Below are positions 1 to 10,442 of a DNA stretch of 64,000 nucleotides, in pieces. Origin of the DNA: a virus (taxonomy: Duplodnaviria > Caudoviricetes); the IMG/VR virus record IMGVR_UViG_3300021255_002694; one strand, 5' to 3'. Within the stretch, counting starts at the first letter, position 1. Each line of letters begins with the position of its first letter. The position numbers were made by a program, and so were the translations under genes. The notes under the pieces are model-generated. The model searched no databases. It was not told the origin of the DNA and saw nothing but the letters and a program-made list of their open reading frames with translations.

Positions 1-339
1 TATGGTGTATATGAATTATCTCTTATTGATCCATACCCAAATGAAGTTATAATATGTGAATCAATATTAAATTGTCTTACATGTTGGGTATACGGAAAAT
101 ATGCAGTTGCTTTGAATGGAACTGGAACAAAACAGCAGCTAGAACAACTGCGTAGAATGCCATGTAAAAAGTTTATATTAGGTCTTGATCCAGATGATGC
201 CGGAAATAGAGGACGTCAGAAAATAAAAAATTATTTGAAAAATGATAAGTTTCTAAGTGAATACATAATACCAAAAGGAAAAGATATAAACGATCTAACA
301 AAAGAACAGTTTGATTCGTTACAAGAGGTATTTTGTTAA
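1..339 (+). CDS. dnaG: DNA primase, C-terminal TOPRIM part (5' truncated by window edge)
   Basis: Frame 1 is open from base 1: YGVYEL...VIICESILNCLTCWVYGKYAVALNGTG...FILGLDPDDAGNRG...KDINDL. These are the TOPRIM E and DxD motifs of DnaG-type primases. Confidence 0.85.
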   Translation, partial: YGVYELSLIDPYPNEVIICESILNCLTCWVYGKYAVALNGTGTKQQLEQLRRMPCKKFILGLDPDDAGNRGRQKIKNYLKNDKFLSEYIIPKGKDINDLTKEQFDSLQEVFC

Positions 340-364
340 GTGATAATAATAATTCAAAAATACC

Positions 365-393
365 TTGACATTCTTTTCCATTCATGCTATGAT
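365..393 (+). promoter_or_regulatory. SigA/sigma70-type promoter
   Basis: TTGACA-17 nt-TATGAT with an extended TG. Confidence 0.6.
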
Positions 394-659
394 AAGATCA
401 GAAAGATGAAAAACACGTAAAAACATAAGAGTATAAGAGAGCAGGAGGAATCCACATGATACGATTTAACACTTCATGATAAATATATTATGTTTTTTAA
501 CAATATAGTATAACTCAAATAAACATGTTTATTGCTGCAACGTGCGATTTTAGTTATACGTATTGGTAATTGCATTTTATATTATTTTCTACCAGTCAGG
601 ATGGTAGATTCGGTGATACTAGAATGTGTTAAATTGTTGAACGTGGCGCTCTGTTATAC

Positions 660-697
660 AAGTCCGCCAACTGACATTGGTGGACTTTTTTGTTTTT
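660..697 (+). terminator. Rho-independent terminator
   Basis: AAGTCCGCCAA/TTGGTGGACTT stem followed by a T-run. Confidence 0.65.
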
Positions 698-788
698 ACG
701 CTGTTTGACATTTTTCTGTTCAAAACCAGATTTATGCATCTGGTTTAATATTATAAATTTTTTATACATATTGAAAGGAAGTAAGATT

Positions 789-1469
789 ATGAAATTCAAT
801 GCAAATGAGATTGACAACTATGTACAGGAAACAACAGGTTATTTTTCACTAAAGGATGATGGTGATTCCGCACGAGTCAGAGTTCTTTATGAGGGTGTTT
901 CCGATGTTGAGGGATTCTGCGTTCATCAGATTCAGATGAGAGATCGTAGTTTCAGATATGTTGACTGTATCAGAGACTACAATGATCCGATTGATGCTTG
1001 TCCGCTCTGTGCTTGCAAGAATGACGATAACAAGAAACTTCGTACAAAGATTTGGGTTCCACTCTACAATGTAGATACAAATGAGACTGTTATGTGGGAG
1101 CGTGGAAATCAGTTCTGGAAAAAGGTTCTCTATCCCCTGATGGTTGAAAAGGGTGAGCCATTCTGCGGACATATCTTTGAAATTGTCAGACATGGTGCTG
1201 CCGGAGATACAAACACAACATATGAGTTTGTTGATCTTGGTGTTGATGATACCACTCTTGATGATTTTGATGAAATTCCAAATCCACTTGGAACAATGAT
1301 CCTTAATAAGAATTTTGAAGAATTGACAACATTTGTAAAGACTGGTTCATTTGATGCTGATGAAGATGATATTCCGGATGTTCCTGTAAGACGCCGTGGT
1401 GCTTCAGCAGATAATGCTCCGGATGTTACAAGACGTAGAGGTACTACAAGACCTAACACCGATATCTGA
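789..1469 (+). CDS. Single-stranded DNA-binding protein (gp32-like phage SSB)
   Basis: ATG at 789 after GAAAGGA. YFSLKDDGDSARVR...H..C..CPLC Zn motif, acidic tail, and position between primase and polymerase. Confidence 0.7.
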   Translation: MKFNANEIDNYVQETTGYFSLKDDGDSARVRVLYEGVSDVEGFCVHQIQMRDRSFRYVDCIRDYNDPIDACPLCACKNDDNKKLRTKIWVPLYNVDTNETVMWERGNQFWKKVLYPLMVEKGEPFCGHIFEIVRHGAAGDTNTTYEFVDLGVDDTTLDDFDEIPNPLGTMILNKNFEELTTFVKTGSFDADEDDIPDVPVRRRGASADNAPDVTRRRGTTRPNTDI

Positions 1470-1483
1470 GGACGGTGATTTAA

Positions 1484-4400
1484 GTGGCTGGGTTTTTCAA
1501 CTTACCTAGTGCGGAGTGTACAAAGAAGAAAGACCAGCAACTTCTAAAAAAGGCATCTAGTCCTGTTAAGTCAGTATCTACAACTGCCGTTACATTGAAA
1601 GGTTCTACAAAACTAATTGATAGAATCAATGCAATTACAACAGTTGTTAAATCAAAGTTCGCCGGAAAGGAAGATGAACTTGAACTAATTACAACAGAAG
1701 ATCATCTTATTAAATATATTGATAAGTGTATCGAAAATAATGTAATTAGTATTGATACGGAGACTACAGGACTTGATCCTTTTTTAGATAATATTGTTGG
1801 TATTTGTATTTATACACCAGAATTAAAATCAGCTTATATACCAATAAATCATATAAGTTATATTACAGAACAAAAGTGTGCTAACCAGTTACCTATTGAT
1901 TTTTTGCATGATCAGTTTCAGCGATTAGTTGATGCAAATGTAAAAACAATCTGGTTCAATGCACCTTTCGATATTAGATTCTTACAGAATAAAATAAATG
2001 TAAGATTCACTCCATATTTTGATACATCTGTAGCTGCAATGTGTCTAAACAGTGATGAACCAAAAGGTTCAGGAACTTTGAAAGCATTACATAAAAAGTA
2101 TTGTTGGGGAGATCGCGGAGAAGCATTAACATTCGGAAAGTTGTTTGATAATCTTCCGTTTAATCTAATTCCAATAGATGTTGCTTATTTATATGCTGCA
2201 AGTGATGCTATTTATACATATGAATTGTATGAGTTTCAAGCACAATATCTTGAACCAACAGGTCAGTATTATCAGTCACACCATATGGAAGGTGTATCAA
2301 ATGTTTTCTTTAACATTGAAATGAAGTCAATGCCGACATTTATTGATATGGAACAAATAGGTGTTGAAATTGACTATGATCATGCTAAAGAGATTTATGA
2401 TCGCTACCATGAACTTGCAAATAAGATGAAACAAAACCTTGAAGATGTATGCAAACCGTATCAGCAATTATTTGATGATTATAGACGTAAGCATCCGATG
2501 TGCAAGCTAACTGATCCAATTAACTATGATTCTCCAACACAGCTTGCAATCATTATATATGATATTCTAGGTCTAACATCACCGGATAAACGTAAGCCGA
2601 GAGGCACTGGTGCAAATATACTAAAACAGTTAGATCATCCAATCGTTAAAGCTGTTCTTGATAACAGATCGTTTAATAAGGTTTTATCAGCATTCATTGA
2701 TACACTTCCAGAAAAAGCAAAGTTATATCCAGATAAGCGGATTCACTGTAGCTTTAAACAGTACGGTGCAGCTTGTGTTGTAGGAGATACATCAATCTTA
2801 ACACCAAACGGAAGTATGCCAATATCATCTATTTTTAATGGTGATGAAGAATCTGGTATATCCTATGATACAGATTTAACTATTATAAATAGGAATATTG
2901 AACCTGAAAAAGCATCTCACAGAATTGTATACAGAAATGTTGATACGATTAGGATTACTTTGCGCGGTGGGTATAAGATTGAGGGTACTCCGAATCATCC
3001 AGTAGTTTGCTCGATGCTTACAAAAGATGATATTCTTAGGAATAAGAGTTCAAAACAGATTTCAAGGCTTCCTGAAAATGCTGATTTTAGGATGCTTTCA
3101 GACATAAAAATAGGCGACATTGTAGAAATACCGTATGGTTATAATATATTTCCAACAGAGTATGTGAAAGCATGTGAAAATGATTTTAATATTGATTTCA
3201 TTGATGAGGATTTTGCAGAATTCCTTGGGATGTATCATGCAGATGGTTACATTAAAACATCAAGTGGTGGAATGACAATTTGTTTGTGTAATGATGATCA
3301 GGAAGTTATTGAAAGATATTCAGAACTGTGCTTAAAGTTGTTCGGTATTAAGTGCAAAACATATGTTTATAAGAATAATAGTGTTGTTACATATTGCACA
3401 TGTTATAGGTTGAGATCAATTAAAAGGTATTTATCTTTTGGGGCAAGAAATAAAACAATGCCTGTTGAGATAATGAGATCGCCAAAATCAGTAATATGCT
3501 CTTATATAAGAGGTATGACACTTGACAGCGGTTTTGATAGTTCTCGACAGAGATTGTATATGACATGTGTCGATAAATCAACCTATAATTTCATAGAGCA
3601 GTTCTTATTGAATATTGGAATTTTTACATGCACACGGTTTGGAAAGTATCAAAGTAAAAATAATCATAGTGGTGAACTATGTGATGAAAAGGAAACATAC
3701 CGTATTGGTGTTTCAGGAGAAATGTATAAAAGATTTCTTGATGAAATCGGTTTCATAGAATCATGCAAAGTATATAATACTGATTCTTATAATCATAGTT
3801 GGTATTTAACTTGTGATAATAGATACTATGCATATGTTAAGAAAGTTGAGTATAGAAAAGCTGATGTATATGATCTTACAGTTCCAGAAACACATAGTTT
3901 CATCTCTAACGGAATGATAAGCCATAATACAGGTAGAGTTTCGTGCAAATCGCCAAATCTGCAACAAATTCCAAGCCGTCCTTTTGTGCTAAGTGATGGA
4001 ACTGAAATTGATTCCGGTCATGATGTAAGACAGCTATTCATGGCAACGCCAGGATATATGCTATTATCATGTGACTATTCAGGACAGGAAGTAAGAGTTA
4101 CGGCAGATTTGAGTCAAGATGAAAAACTTATTCAAGCATACAGAGAGGGTAAGGACCCTTATTGTGAAATTGCATCTCTTGCATTTGGTGTTCCTTATGA
4201 AGAATGTACTGAGTATAGAGCCGATGGTACATTTAATCCTGACGGAAAGAAACGTCGCGGAGAAGCAAAAAAAATTGTTTTGGGCGTGTTATATGGTAGA
4301 GGAATACCATCTATTGCAGAACAACTTGGTAAGACAGTAAAAGAAGCACAAAATATTTATGACAGCGTTCTTGCAAAGTTTGAGGGACTTGCAAAGTTCC

Positions 4401-4741
4401 TTGAAGCATCAGAAGATATGGCAAGAAAATATGGATATACCATAACGAAGTGGGGTAGACGCAGACAACTAAAGGACATGCAACTGCCATACTATGAGTT
4501 CGGGTATAAAAATGGTTTTACCCCTGACTTTGATCCACTATCAGATGATTCTTCTGATGTTTCAACAGAAGTTCCTATTGAAATAGTTGAAGTATTAACA
4601 AATAAACTATTGAATTGTTGGGGATATAAGAAACGAGAAGAATTAAAGGAACGAATCAGACAAAAGGGATATACAATTAAGGACAACACGACATACATAA
4701 AACGTGCGCAGAGACAATGTGTCAACAGCAGAGTCCAGGGT
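1484..4741 (+). CDS. polA: Family A DNA polymerase, exon 1 (3'-5' exonuclease + polymerase; contains an intein)
   Basis: ExoI IDTETTG, ExoIII YAASDA, TGRVSCKSPNLQQIP, motif A DYSGQEVR, motif B RGEAKKIVLGVLYG. Ends RQCVNSRVQG at the intron 5' splice site. Confidence 0.95.
2774..3928 (+). mobile_element. Intein (385 aa) with LAGLIDADG-type homing endonuclease in DNA polymerase
   Basis: Starts CVVGDTSI, block B GTPNHPV, endonuclease blocks EFLGMYHADG and SYIRGMTLDSG, ends VYDLTVPETHSFISNGMISHN followed by +1 Thr. Removal restores YGAA|TGRVS. Confidence 0.95.
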
Positions 4742-5774
4742 AGACATATAACTGCCCATTTACATTGAACCTTATTACTCAGGGGTGTGTGGTTATTAAA
4801 CCATGCTAACGGTATCAGTTGAATAAGACCGACTATGCAAACCTTACAAGGAGATCATAGTTATATTAAGGACGAAGTAGCTGACTAAGAGAGCCTAATG
4901 TCCAGAAATGGATAGATGGTAATACCGTGCTAACTCACAGCTTGTATATATATATATATGAAAGGTGGTGATTTAATTGAAAGACATATATGTAATAACT
5001 AATAAAGTGAATGGCAAACAGTATGTAGGTCAGACAAAAGTTGGGTATATTAAGAGATTCAGAGGTCATTGTTATTCATATAAGCGTGGAGTTCGGACAC
5101 TTATAAGTTGCGCTATACATGAGTTTGGCAGAGAAAATTTTTCTGTTTCGCTTATAAAATCTGTTCCGGATAAAGATGCAGACTTTTGGGAAATGTTCTA
5201 TATATGGTGTTATAAAACACACATATCTTGTGGTGGTTACAACATCACATATGGCGGAAAATCAAATCCAATGGATATCAAATATGCATGTGATAGACAT
5301 GATAGGGCTTGTCATTCAGATGAATTTATCGAAAAGCAGAGAAAGGCAAATACAGGAAAAAGAATGTCTGACGAGTCAAAAGAAAAGTGCAGACAAGCAA
5401 CGCTGAAAAATCTTGATATTTGCATAGCTGGATTTAGAGAGTATAACGAAAGTAGAAAGATACGAGTTGGAATGATTGACGATAGCGGAAATATTGTCAT
5501 GGAATTTGACAGCCTTTCAGATGCATGTAGATATCTCGGAGTAACAAAAAAATCATATACTGCATCAATAAAAAGATATGCAGATAAGTATAACAAGAAC
5601 GGTAAGCGTTCAAAATTCCTTGGTTATTCTTGGACATTGCTGTGAGAAGTCTATCGACTATCCTATTTAGGAGTAGGGCAGAGGATGAGTTACTGTCCGA
5701 AGTGTATGTAAACTGCATATATATATATGCAGTAAGATATAGTCAGTCCTTGTAGAAATACAAAGGGTACAACG
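4742..5774 (+). mobile_element. Group I intron (1033 nt) in DNA polymerase gene
   Basis: 5' exon ends GGGU and forms P1 (GGGU|AG...CUGCCC, U-G at the splice site). Terminal G at 5774, P10 AACU/AGUU, R-like UCGACUA (~5654) and S-like AAGAUAUAGUC (~5734). Splicing restores VQG|SSADLTKLA. Confidence 0.92.
4977..5645 (+). CDS. Intron-encoded GIY-YIG homing endonuclease with NUMOD3/IENR1-like DNA-binding tail
   Basis: DIYVITNKVNGKQYVGQT...R...E...GYNIT, KANTGKRMSDESKEK, EFDSLSDACRYLG. Confidence 0.9.
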   Translation: MKDIYVITNKVNGKQYVGQTKVGYIKRFRGHCYSYKRGVRTLISCAIHEFGRENFSVSLIKSVPDKDADFWEMFYIWCYKTHISCGGYNITYGGKSNPMDIKYACDRHDRACHSDEFIEKQRKANTGKRMSDESKEKCRQATLKNLDICIAGFREYNESRKIRVGMIDDSGNIVMEFDSLSDACRYLGVTKKSYTASIKRYADKYNKNGKRSKFLGYSWTLL

Positions 5775-6071
5775 AGTTCTGCTGATTTGACAAAACTTGC
5801 GCAAATAGAACTTTACAACAATGAGGAACTTAAAAAATTAGGTTTTAGAATGCTGATTCCGGTGCATGATGAAATTATAGCAGAGTGTCCGGAAGAAAAT
5901 GTAAAGCGTTGTTCTGAACTAATGAGCAAGTGTATGTTAGATGCCGGAAAAGACTTATGTGTTCCACTAAGTTGTGACGTAGCAGTATTTAAGAGTTGGT
6001 ATGGAAAAGAACTTGATCCTGATGCATATGATGATATGGATGAGGACGAGGATGAAGAAGAAAATTATTAA
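5775..6071 (+). CDS. polA: Family A DNA polymerase, exon 2
   Basis: SSADLTKLA, motif C VHDEII, VPLSCD, acidic C-terminal tail. Confidence 0.93.
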   Translation, partial: SSADLTKLAQIELYNNEELKKLGFRMLIPVHDEIIAECPEENVKRCSELMSKCMLDAGKDLCVPLSCDVAVFKSWYGKELDPDAYDDMDEDEDEEENY

Positions 6072-6089
6072 ACAAAGGAGAGTATTATA

Positions 6090-7181
6090 ATGGGTTCATT
6101 TTCTATTGAAACTGGTACATTGAAGTCTATGGTAACAAAGGCTTCAAAGGGTGCATCAAACAATAAGTTTAGTGCAATTACAAGTTTGATGAATGTTGTT
6201 GTTTCTTGCGGAAAGATTCATATTACAACAACTGATTCAAACAACTATCTTACTATTACAGATAGTGTTATGTCTGGTGATGATCTTTCATTTACTGTAA
6301 ATGTCGATATGTTTAGCAAACTTGTTGCTAAAACAAGCGTTGATGTTATTAAGATCACAGCAGATGATGATAAGATTTCATTCTCTGGTAACGGAACATA
6401 CAAGATTCCAATTCAGCTTGATGTTGATGGTTCTCCTATCAGATATCCTAATCATGATATTAACAATCCTGAAACATCTGGAACAGTTAAAGCATCTGTT
6501 ATTAAGAGTGTTATTTTCCATAATAAGCCATCATTGGCTCTTACAATGGAAGCACCGTATCTAACTGGTTATCTTTGTATGCCTGATTGTGTTATCTCTG
6601 CGGATTCATATAACATCTGTCTTAGTGAGTATGACATGTTTGATCGTGGTGTTCTTCTTCCGCCTGTAGTTCTTGAACTTCTTAGCATGTCAGCAGAGGA
6701 AGATATTTCCTACAAGATTTACGGTAACAACATTATGTTTGAAACTAACAGCATGAAATTGTTTGCTGTTATGATGGATGGATTTGACGATTATCCGGAA
6801 CAGACAATCAGAGGTATTTGTAACGCAGAATATCCGTCAAGTTGCACACTGCCAAAGAATGCAATCATTAGTGTAATTGATAGACTTTCTCTGTTCATTA
6901 AGGATAACGATGTTAATGGTGTGTACATGACATTCACAAAGAATGGTGTTACATTTGAATCAATCAATGGAAACGGTATTGAGACAATTCCATATCAGGG
7001 CAGCAATGGATTTACTGATTACACATGCTGTATTGGTGTTGATTCATTTAGAAAGCAGATCGCGGCACATTCAGGTGAATCAATCAATATTTATTACGGA
7101 AATGAAAATTCTGTTTCTATTATTGATGATAACATTACACAGGTTGTATCTCTAATGGATGATCCTAGACAGTCAGAGTAA
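6090..7181 (+). CDS. dnaN: DNA sliding clamp (DNA Pol III beta-like)
   Basis: 363 aa, beta-clamp-sized. N-terminal 'ITTTDSNNYL', 'SADSY' and 'DYP...ISVIDRLSLF' segments fit the three-domain DnaN pattern. Adjacent to the polymerase, with a clamp loader at 24.7-27.5 kb. Confidence 0.8.
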   Translation: MGSFSIETGTLKSMVTKASKGASNNKFSAITSLMNVVVSCGKIHITTTDSNNYLTITDSVMSGDDLSFTVNVDMFSKLVAKTSVDVIKITADDDKISFSGNGTYKIPIQLDVDGSPIRYPNHDINNPETSGTVKASVIKSVIFHNKPSLALTMEAPYLTGYLCMPDCVISADSYNICLSEYDMFDRGVLLPPVVLELLSMSAEEDISYKIYGNNIMFETNSMKLFAVMMDGFDDYPEQTIRGICNAEYPSSCTLPKNAIISVIDRLSLFIKDNDVNGVYMTFTKNGVTFESINGNGIETIPYQGSNGFTDYTCCIGVDSFRKQIAAHSGESINIYYGNENSVSIIDDNITQVVSLMDDPRQSE

Positions 7182-7196
7182 TTTACCGTTTTGTGC

Positions 7197-7229
7197 TATG
7201 CGCCATAGAATCTTTTTCTGTGGCGCATA
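7197..7229 (+). promoter_or_regulatory. Strong intergenic hairpin (processing or translational control?)
   Basis: TATGCGCCATAGAA/TTCTGTGGCGCATA inverted repeat just upstream of the RBS for 7255, with no U-tail. Confidence 0.45.
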
Positions 7230-7254
7230 TGTGCAAAGAGATTGGAGTTTTATA

Positions 7255-8247
7255 ATGTCAAAAGTATTGTTTACTGCTTGTCCAAAGGGAATTGGAAATC
7301 TTCTTGCAGATGATAATGTTGTTTCAGATGAAGTAATGTTCATGCAAGATTTTGATTTCACATCAAGACAGATGAACAAACATGAACCAAGATACTATTT
7401 TAAGGAAGTCACAAAAGAATCGAACCCAGAATATTTTGATTCATCTTCTAATATGATTAACGTGGTTGTATTGGATAACCTTCCAGATGAATGCAAACCA
7501 GAACATGTATATGAGACAAATCATCTTCTGTATCATACAAATGATCAAAAGTATTATATTGGAAAATACTATGACGGTAAGCCATCAAGACGATATAAGC
7601 CGTCAAGCATGAACTGTCTAAGATCAATGTATTATCAAATAATTGGAGCAGATTTGGATAAGCAATCACAGAAATCAAGTGATTTCTACGGAATATGTGA
7701 GAGTGGAACAGATAGACATAAGCGAATACAGTATACAATCACAAAAATGAAAGATTATGGTATTGACTGTGAGTATATGGATGTTGAAACATACATAAAA
7801 GAGAACAATATCGAAAATCTTATTGTAGAGGGCAAGGAAGAATTTGAAACAAAGGTATATGACTCTAAAAGAAATATAGTATTCCTGTGCGACGGTCTTT
7901 TAAGATATAGAGGAAAGTTATATGTTCTTGAAATTAAAACAGAGTCATCATATAAGTGGCTTGATCGAAGTCATGTAGATGATAAGCATTTGTATCAAGC
8001 ATATACATATTCACTTGAACTTGGTGTCGATGATGTTTTATTCTTCTATGAAAATCGTGATGTTTGCACAAAGAAACCTTATATTTTACACGTTACCGAT
8101 GAAAACAGAAGGTTTATTGAAGATCGTGTATCGTCATGTGATTCTTATGTGAAGCAGTCTATTGTTCCGCCTATTGAAGATACAGTATCTAACAGAATTT
8201 GTCAGTATTGTGATTATAGAACAAGGTGTAAGGTGGATAATAAATGA
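7255..8247 (+). CDS. Cas4-like PD-(D/E)XK exonuclease
   Basis: PSSMNCLRSMYY, GTDRH, CDG...EIKT, QAYTY and C-terminal CQYCDYRTRC (Fe-S cysteines). Start at ATG 7255 after GGAG. Confidence 0.8.
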   Translation: MSKVLFTACPKGIGNLLADDNVVSDEVMFMQDFDFTSRQMNKHEPRYYFKEVTKESNPEYFDSSSNMINVVVLDNLPDECKPEHVYETNHLLYHTNDQKYYIGKYYDGKPSRRYKPSSMNCLRSMYYQIIGADLDKQSQKSSDFYGICESGTDRHKRIQYTITKMKDYGIDCEYMDVETYIKENNIENLIVEGKEEFETKVYDSKRNIVFLCDGLLRYRGKLYVLEIKTESSYKWLDRSHVDDKHLYQAYTYSLELGVDDVLFFYENRDVCTKKPYILHVTDENRRFIEDRVSSCDSYVKQSIVPPIEDTVSNRICQYCDYRTRCKVDNK

Positions 8248-8753
8248 GAAAACAGAACAGAGGTAAGGATTTTGAGGAACAGATACGCCTAAGTCTCGAA
8301 TCGTTACCTAACGTATCATTTGACAGACTTCCTGATCCTATGGCTGGATATTCAGGAATACGAAATATATGCGACTTTTCAATGTATCATTATCCAAATA
8401 TGTTTTTCCTTGAATGCAAATCACTCTACGGTAATACGCTTAATTTTAAGTCAGATATTACTGAAAATCAGTGGAACGGGCTTCTTGAAAAGAGTAAGTT
8501 ATATGGATGTATTGCCGGAATATGTGTTTGGTATATTGACTATGATCTAACAGTTTTTGTCAAGATTCAGGATTTGGAAAAACATAAGCAGAGTGGAAAA
8601 AAGTCATTAAATATAAATGAGATAACAGGTGAAAACTCTGTTGATCATTTTATAATTGATGGCGTTAAGAAGCGAGTTAAATTTAGTTATTTTGGTGACA
8701 AATTCTTAAAAAATTTGCACTTATTGGCAGATAAAGAATGGGGTGATGCTTGA
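8244..8753 (+). CDS. recU: Holliday junction resolvase RecU-like
   Basis: NRGKDFEEQI...CDF...FLECKS...ITENQ pattern. Confidence 0.8.
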   Translation: MRKQNRGKDFEEQIRLSLESLPNVSFDRLPDPMAGYSGIRNICDFSMYHYPNMFFLECKSLYGNTLNFKSDITENQWNGLLEKSKLYGCIAGICVWYIDYDLTVFVKIQDLEKHKQSGKKSLNINEITGENSVDHFIIDGVKKRVKFSYFGDKFLKNLHLLADKEWGDA

Positions 8754-9271
8754 TGAAGATGCAAATGGTTGAAGAATTCATGTCAACTGTTGATCAAGAT
8801 TCTGAGTATATTCAATCTTTAGTTGATGATCTTGTTAAATCGTGTTGTGAAACACTAGACGAGTATGTAAAGTGGGTATCATCTTTATTGGCAGATTCGA
8901 GTATTCACGTAACAAATGAGCAACTTGATGATATTATAATGACGATACCAACACTTTTATACTTTGTTGGAACACAGCAAGAAAGATATGGTATTAAAAG
9001 AGATGTTTCCAAAGCATCTAAATCAACACTGTATAATAAGATTTACCGTGAGACTATTGGTATTGCGTCTGTTAAGAAAGCTGCCGCAGAGGACGCAACA
9101 TTTAATGAGAATCTTGTAACAACTGTTTTTTCAAGTGCATATGACACAATTAAAACAAAGATGGAATATGCAACAGAACTTTTGCAGAGTGCGAAAAAGG
9201 TTGTTTCAAGACGTATGACTGAATCAGATTTAACACGCTTTACACCAAATATTGAACGTGAAAAAAGGTGA
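8750..9271 (+). CDS. Hypothetical helical protein (possible recombination mediator)
   Basis: Coupled ORF between recU and recA, predicted alpha-helical. Function inferred from position only. Confidence 0.5.
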   Translation: MMKMQMVEEFMSTVDQDSEYIQSLVDDLVKSCCETLDEYVKWVSSLLADSSIHVTNEQLDDIIMTIPTLLYFVGTQQERYGIKRDVSKASKSTLYNKIYRETIGIASVKKAAAEDATFNENLVTTVFSSAYDTIKTKMEYATELLQSAKKVVSRRMTESDLTRFTPNIEREKR

Positions 9272-9277
9272 TTATTT

Positions 9278-10432
9278 ATGTCAGAGATAGAGTCATTATT
9301 CAAAGAATTTAATAAAAAGTATAAATCAGAACTTTTTACTATTGGAACAGTTGTGCATAACTGTTCAAGAATACCATTTAGTTCACCTAGAGCAAATTAT
9401 ATGCTATACGGCGGCATTCCAAGAGGACGTATTACAGAGTTCGCCGGAGAAGAAGGTTCTGGAAAGACAACAACCGCTCTTGATATTACAGCAAATGCAC
9501 AAAAGCTGTTTAAGGAAGAATGGGAAGATCAGATTCGTGATCTGGAATCACGCGAAAAATTAACTAAGGAACAGACCGCATATCTTGTAAAACTTAGACA
9601 GGACGGACCTAAGAAAGCACTTTGGATTGATTGTGAAAATACGTTTGATGATGAGTGGTCTACAAAACTAGGTGTTGTTGTAGATGAGTTGTGTGTCATG
9701 TCACCTGAATCTCAGAGTGCAGAAGAAATATTTGATATGGTTACACAGATTGTTCAAACAGGTGAAATTGGGCTTGTTGTTATTGATAGTTTAGGTATGA
9801 TGGTTTCTCAGCAAGAAATGGAGAAAGATATTGAGGAATCTACATATGGCGGAATTTCAAGAGCATTGACCAAATTTTCAAAGAAGATTGAACTTGTTTG
9901 TGCAAAAACTAATTGCGCATTGATCGGAATTAACCAAGTTAGAGATAATCTGAATGCCGGATACGGCGGTCCAGCATATACTACTCCTGGTGGTAAGTGT
10001 TGGAAGCATGTATGTTCTGTTCGTCTTATGTTTAGACAGGGTACTCCATTTGATGATAAGTTTAAGGATGTTAAGAAATCGTGTGAGAATCCCTATGGTC
10101 ACAGAGTTCTTATTTCAGTTCAAAAGACAAAGGTTTGTAAGCCTGACAGAAAAACAGGTTTTTATACGCTTACATATGATAATGGAATTGAACCGTTTGT
10201 TGACATTATTGATATTGCTATCAACCGAGATATTATTCATCAAGCCGGAGCATGGTTTACATTCATTGATATTGATAATGATGGTGAAGTTGTATGCCGC
10301 GAAGATGAAGATGGCAATATGTCAGAAGTTAAAGTCCAAGGTCAGGCTAGCCTGATCCCATTTTTACAAGATGAAGCAAATAAGGATATTTGTGACATGG
10401 TTAAGAAATATGTAAATAGATTTGTGTCATGA
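9278..10432 (+). CDS. recA: RecA/UvsX recombinase
   Basis: GGIPRGRITEFAGEEGSGKTT, LVVIDS, INQVR, TPGG, AGAWF. Confidence 0.95.
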   Translation: MSEIESLFKEFNKKYKSELFTIGTVVHNCSRIPFSSPRANYMLYGGIPRGRITEFAGEEGSGKTTTALDITANAQKLFKEEWEDQIRDLESREKLTKEQTAYLVKLRQDGPKKALWIDCENTFDDEWSTKLGVVVDELCVMSPESQSAEEIFDMVTQIVQTGEIGLVVIDSLGMMVSQQEMEKDIEESTYGGISRALTKFSKKIELVCAKTNCALIGINQVRDNLNAGYGGPAYTTPGGKCWKHVCSVRLMFRQGTPFDDKFKDVKKSCENPYGHRVLISVQKTKVCKPDRKTGFYTLTYDNGIEPFVDIIDIAINRDIIHQAGAWFTFIDIDNDGEVVCREDEDGNMSEVKVQGQASLIPFLQDEANKDICDMVKKYVNRFVS

Positions 10433-10442
10433 GGTAATTAAA

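Noticed and set aside
690-788. Upstream starts in the ORF track (690, 7159, 13690, 39389, 50725, 53804, 59668)
   Set aside because: They run through terminators, hairpins or promoters. Downstream starts with good RBS spacing were used instead.
4742-4768. Polymerase ending at 4768 (RHITAHLH) as a truncated gene or pseudogene
   Set aside because: These codons are read-through into the group I intron; splicing restores the frame.
4944-5733. (AT)n tracts at ~4946 and ~5717 as phase-variable repeats
   Set aside because: Both are in non-coding parts of the intron. The second is a palindromic peripheral hairpin, and neither affects a reading frame.
7255-8247. Cas4-like gene as evidence of a CRISPR-Cas system
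   Set aside because: No repeat-spacer array or other cas genes in the window. Solo Cas4-like nucleases are common in phage recombination modules.
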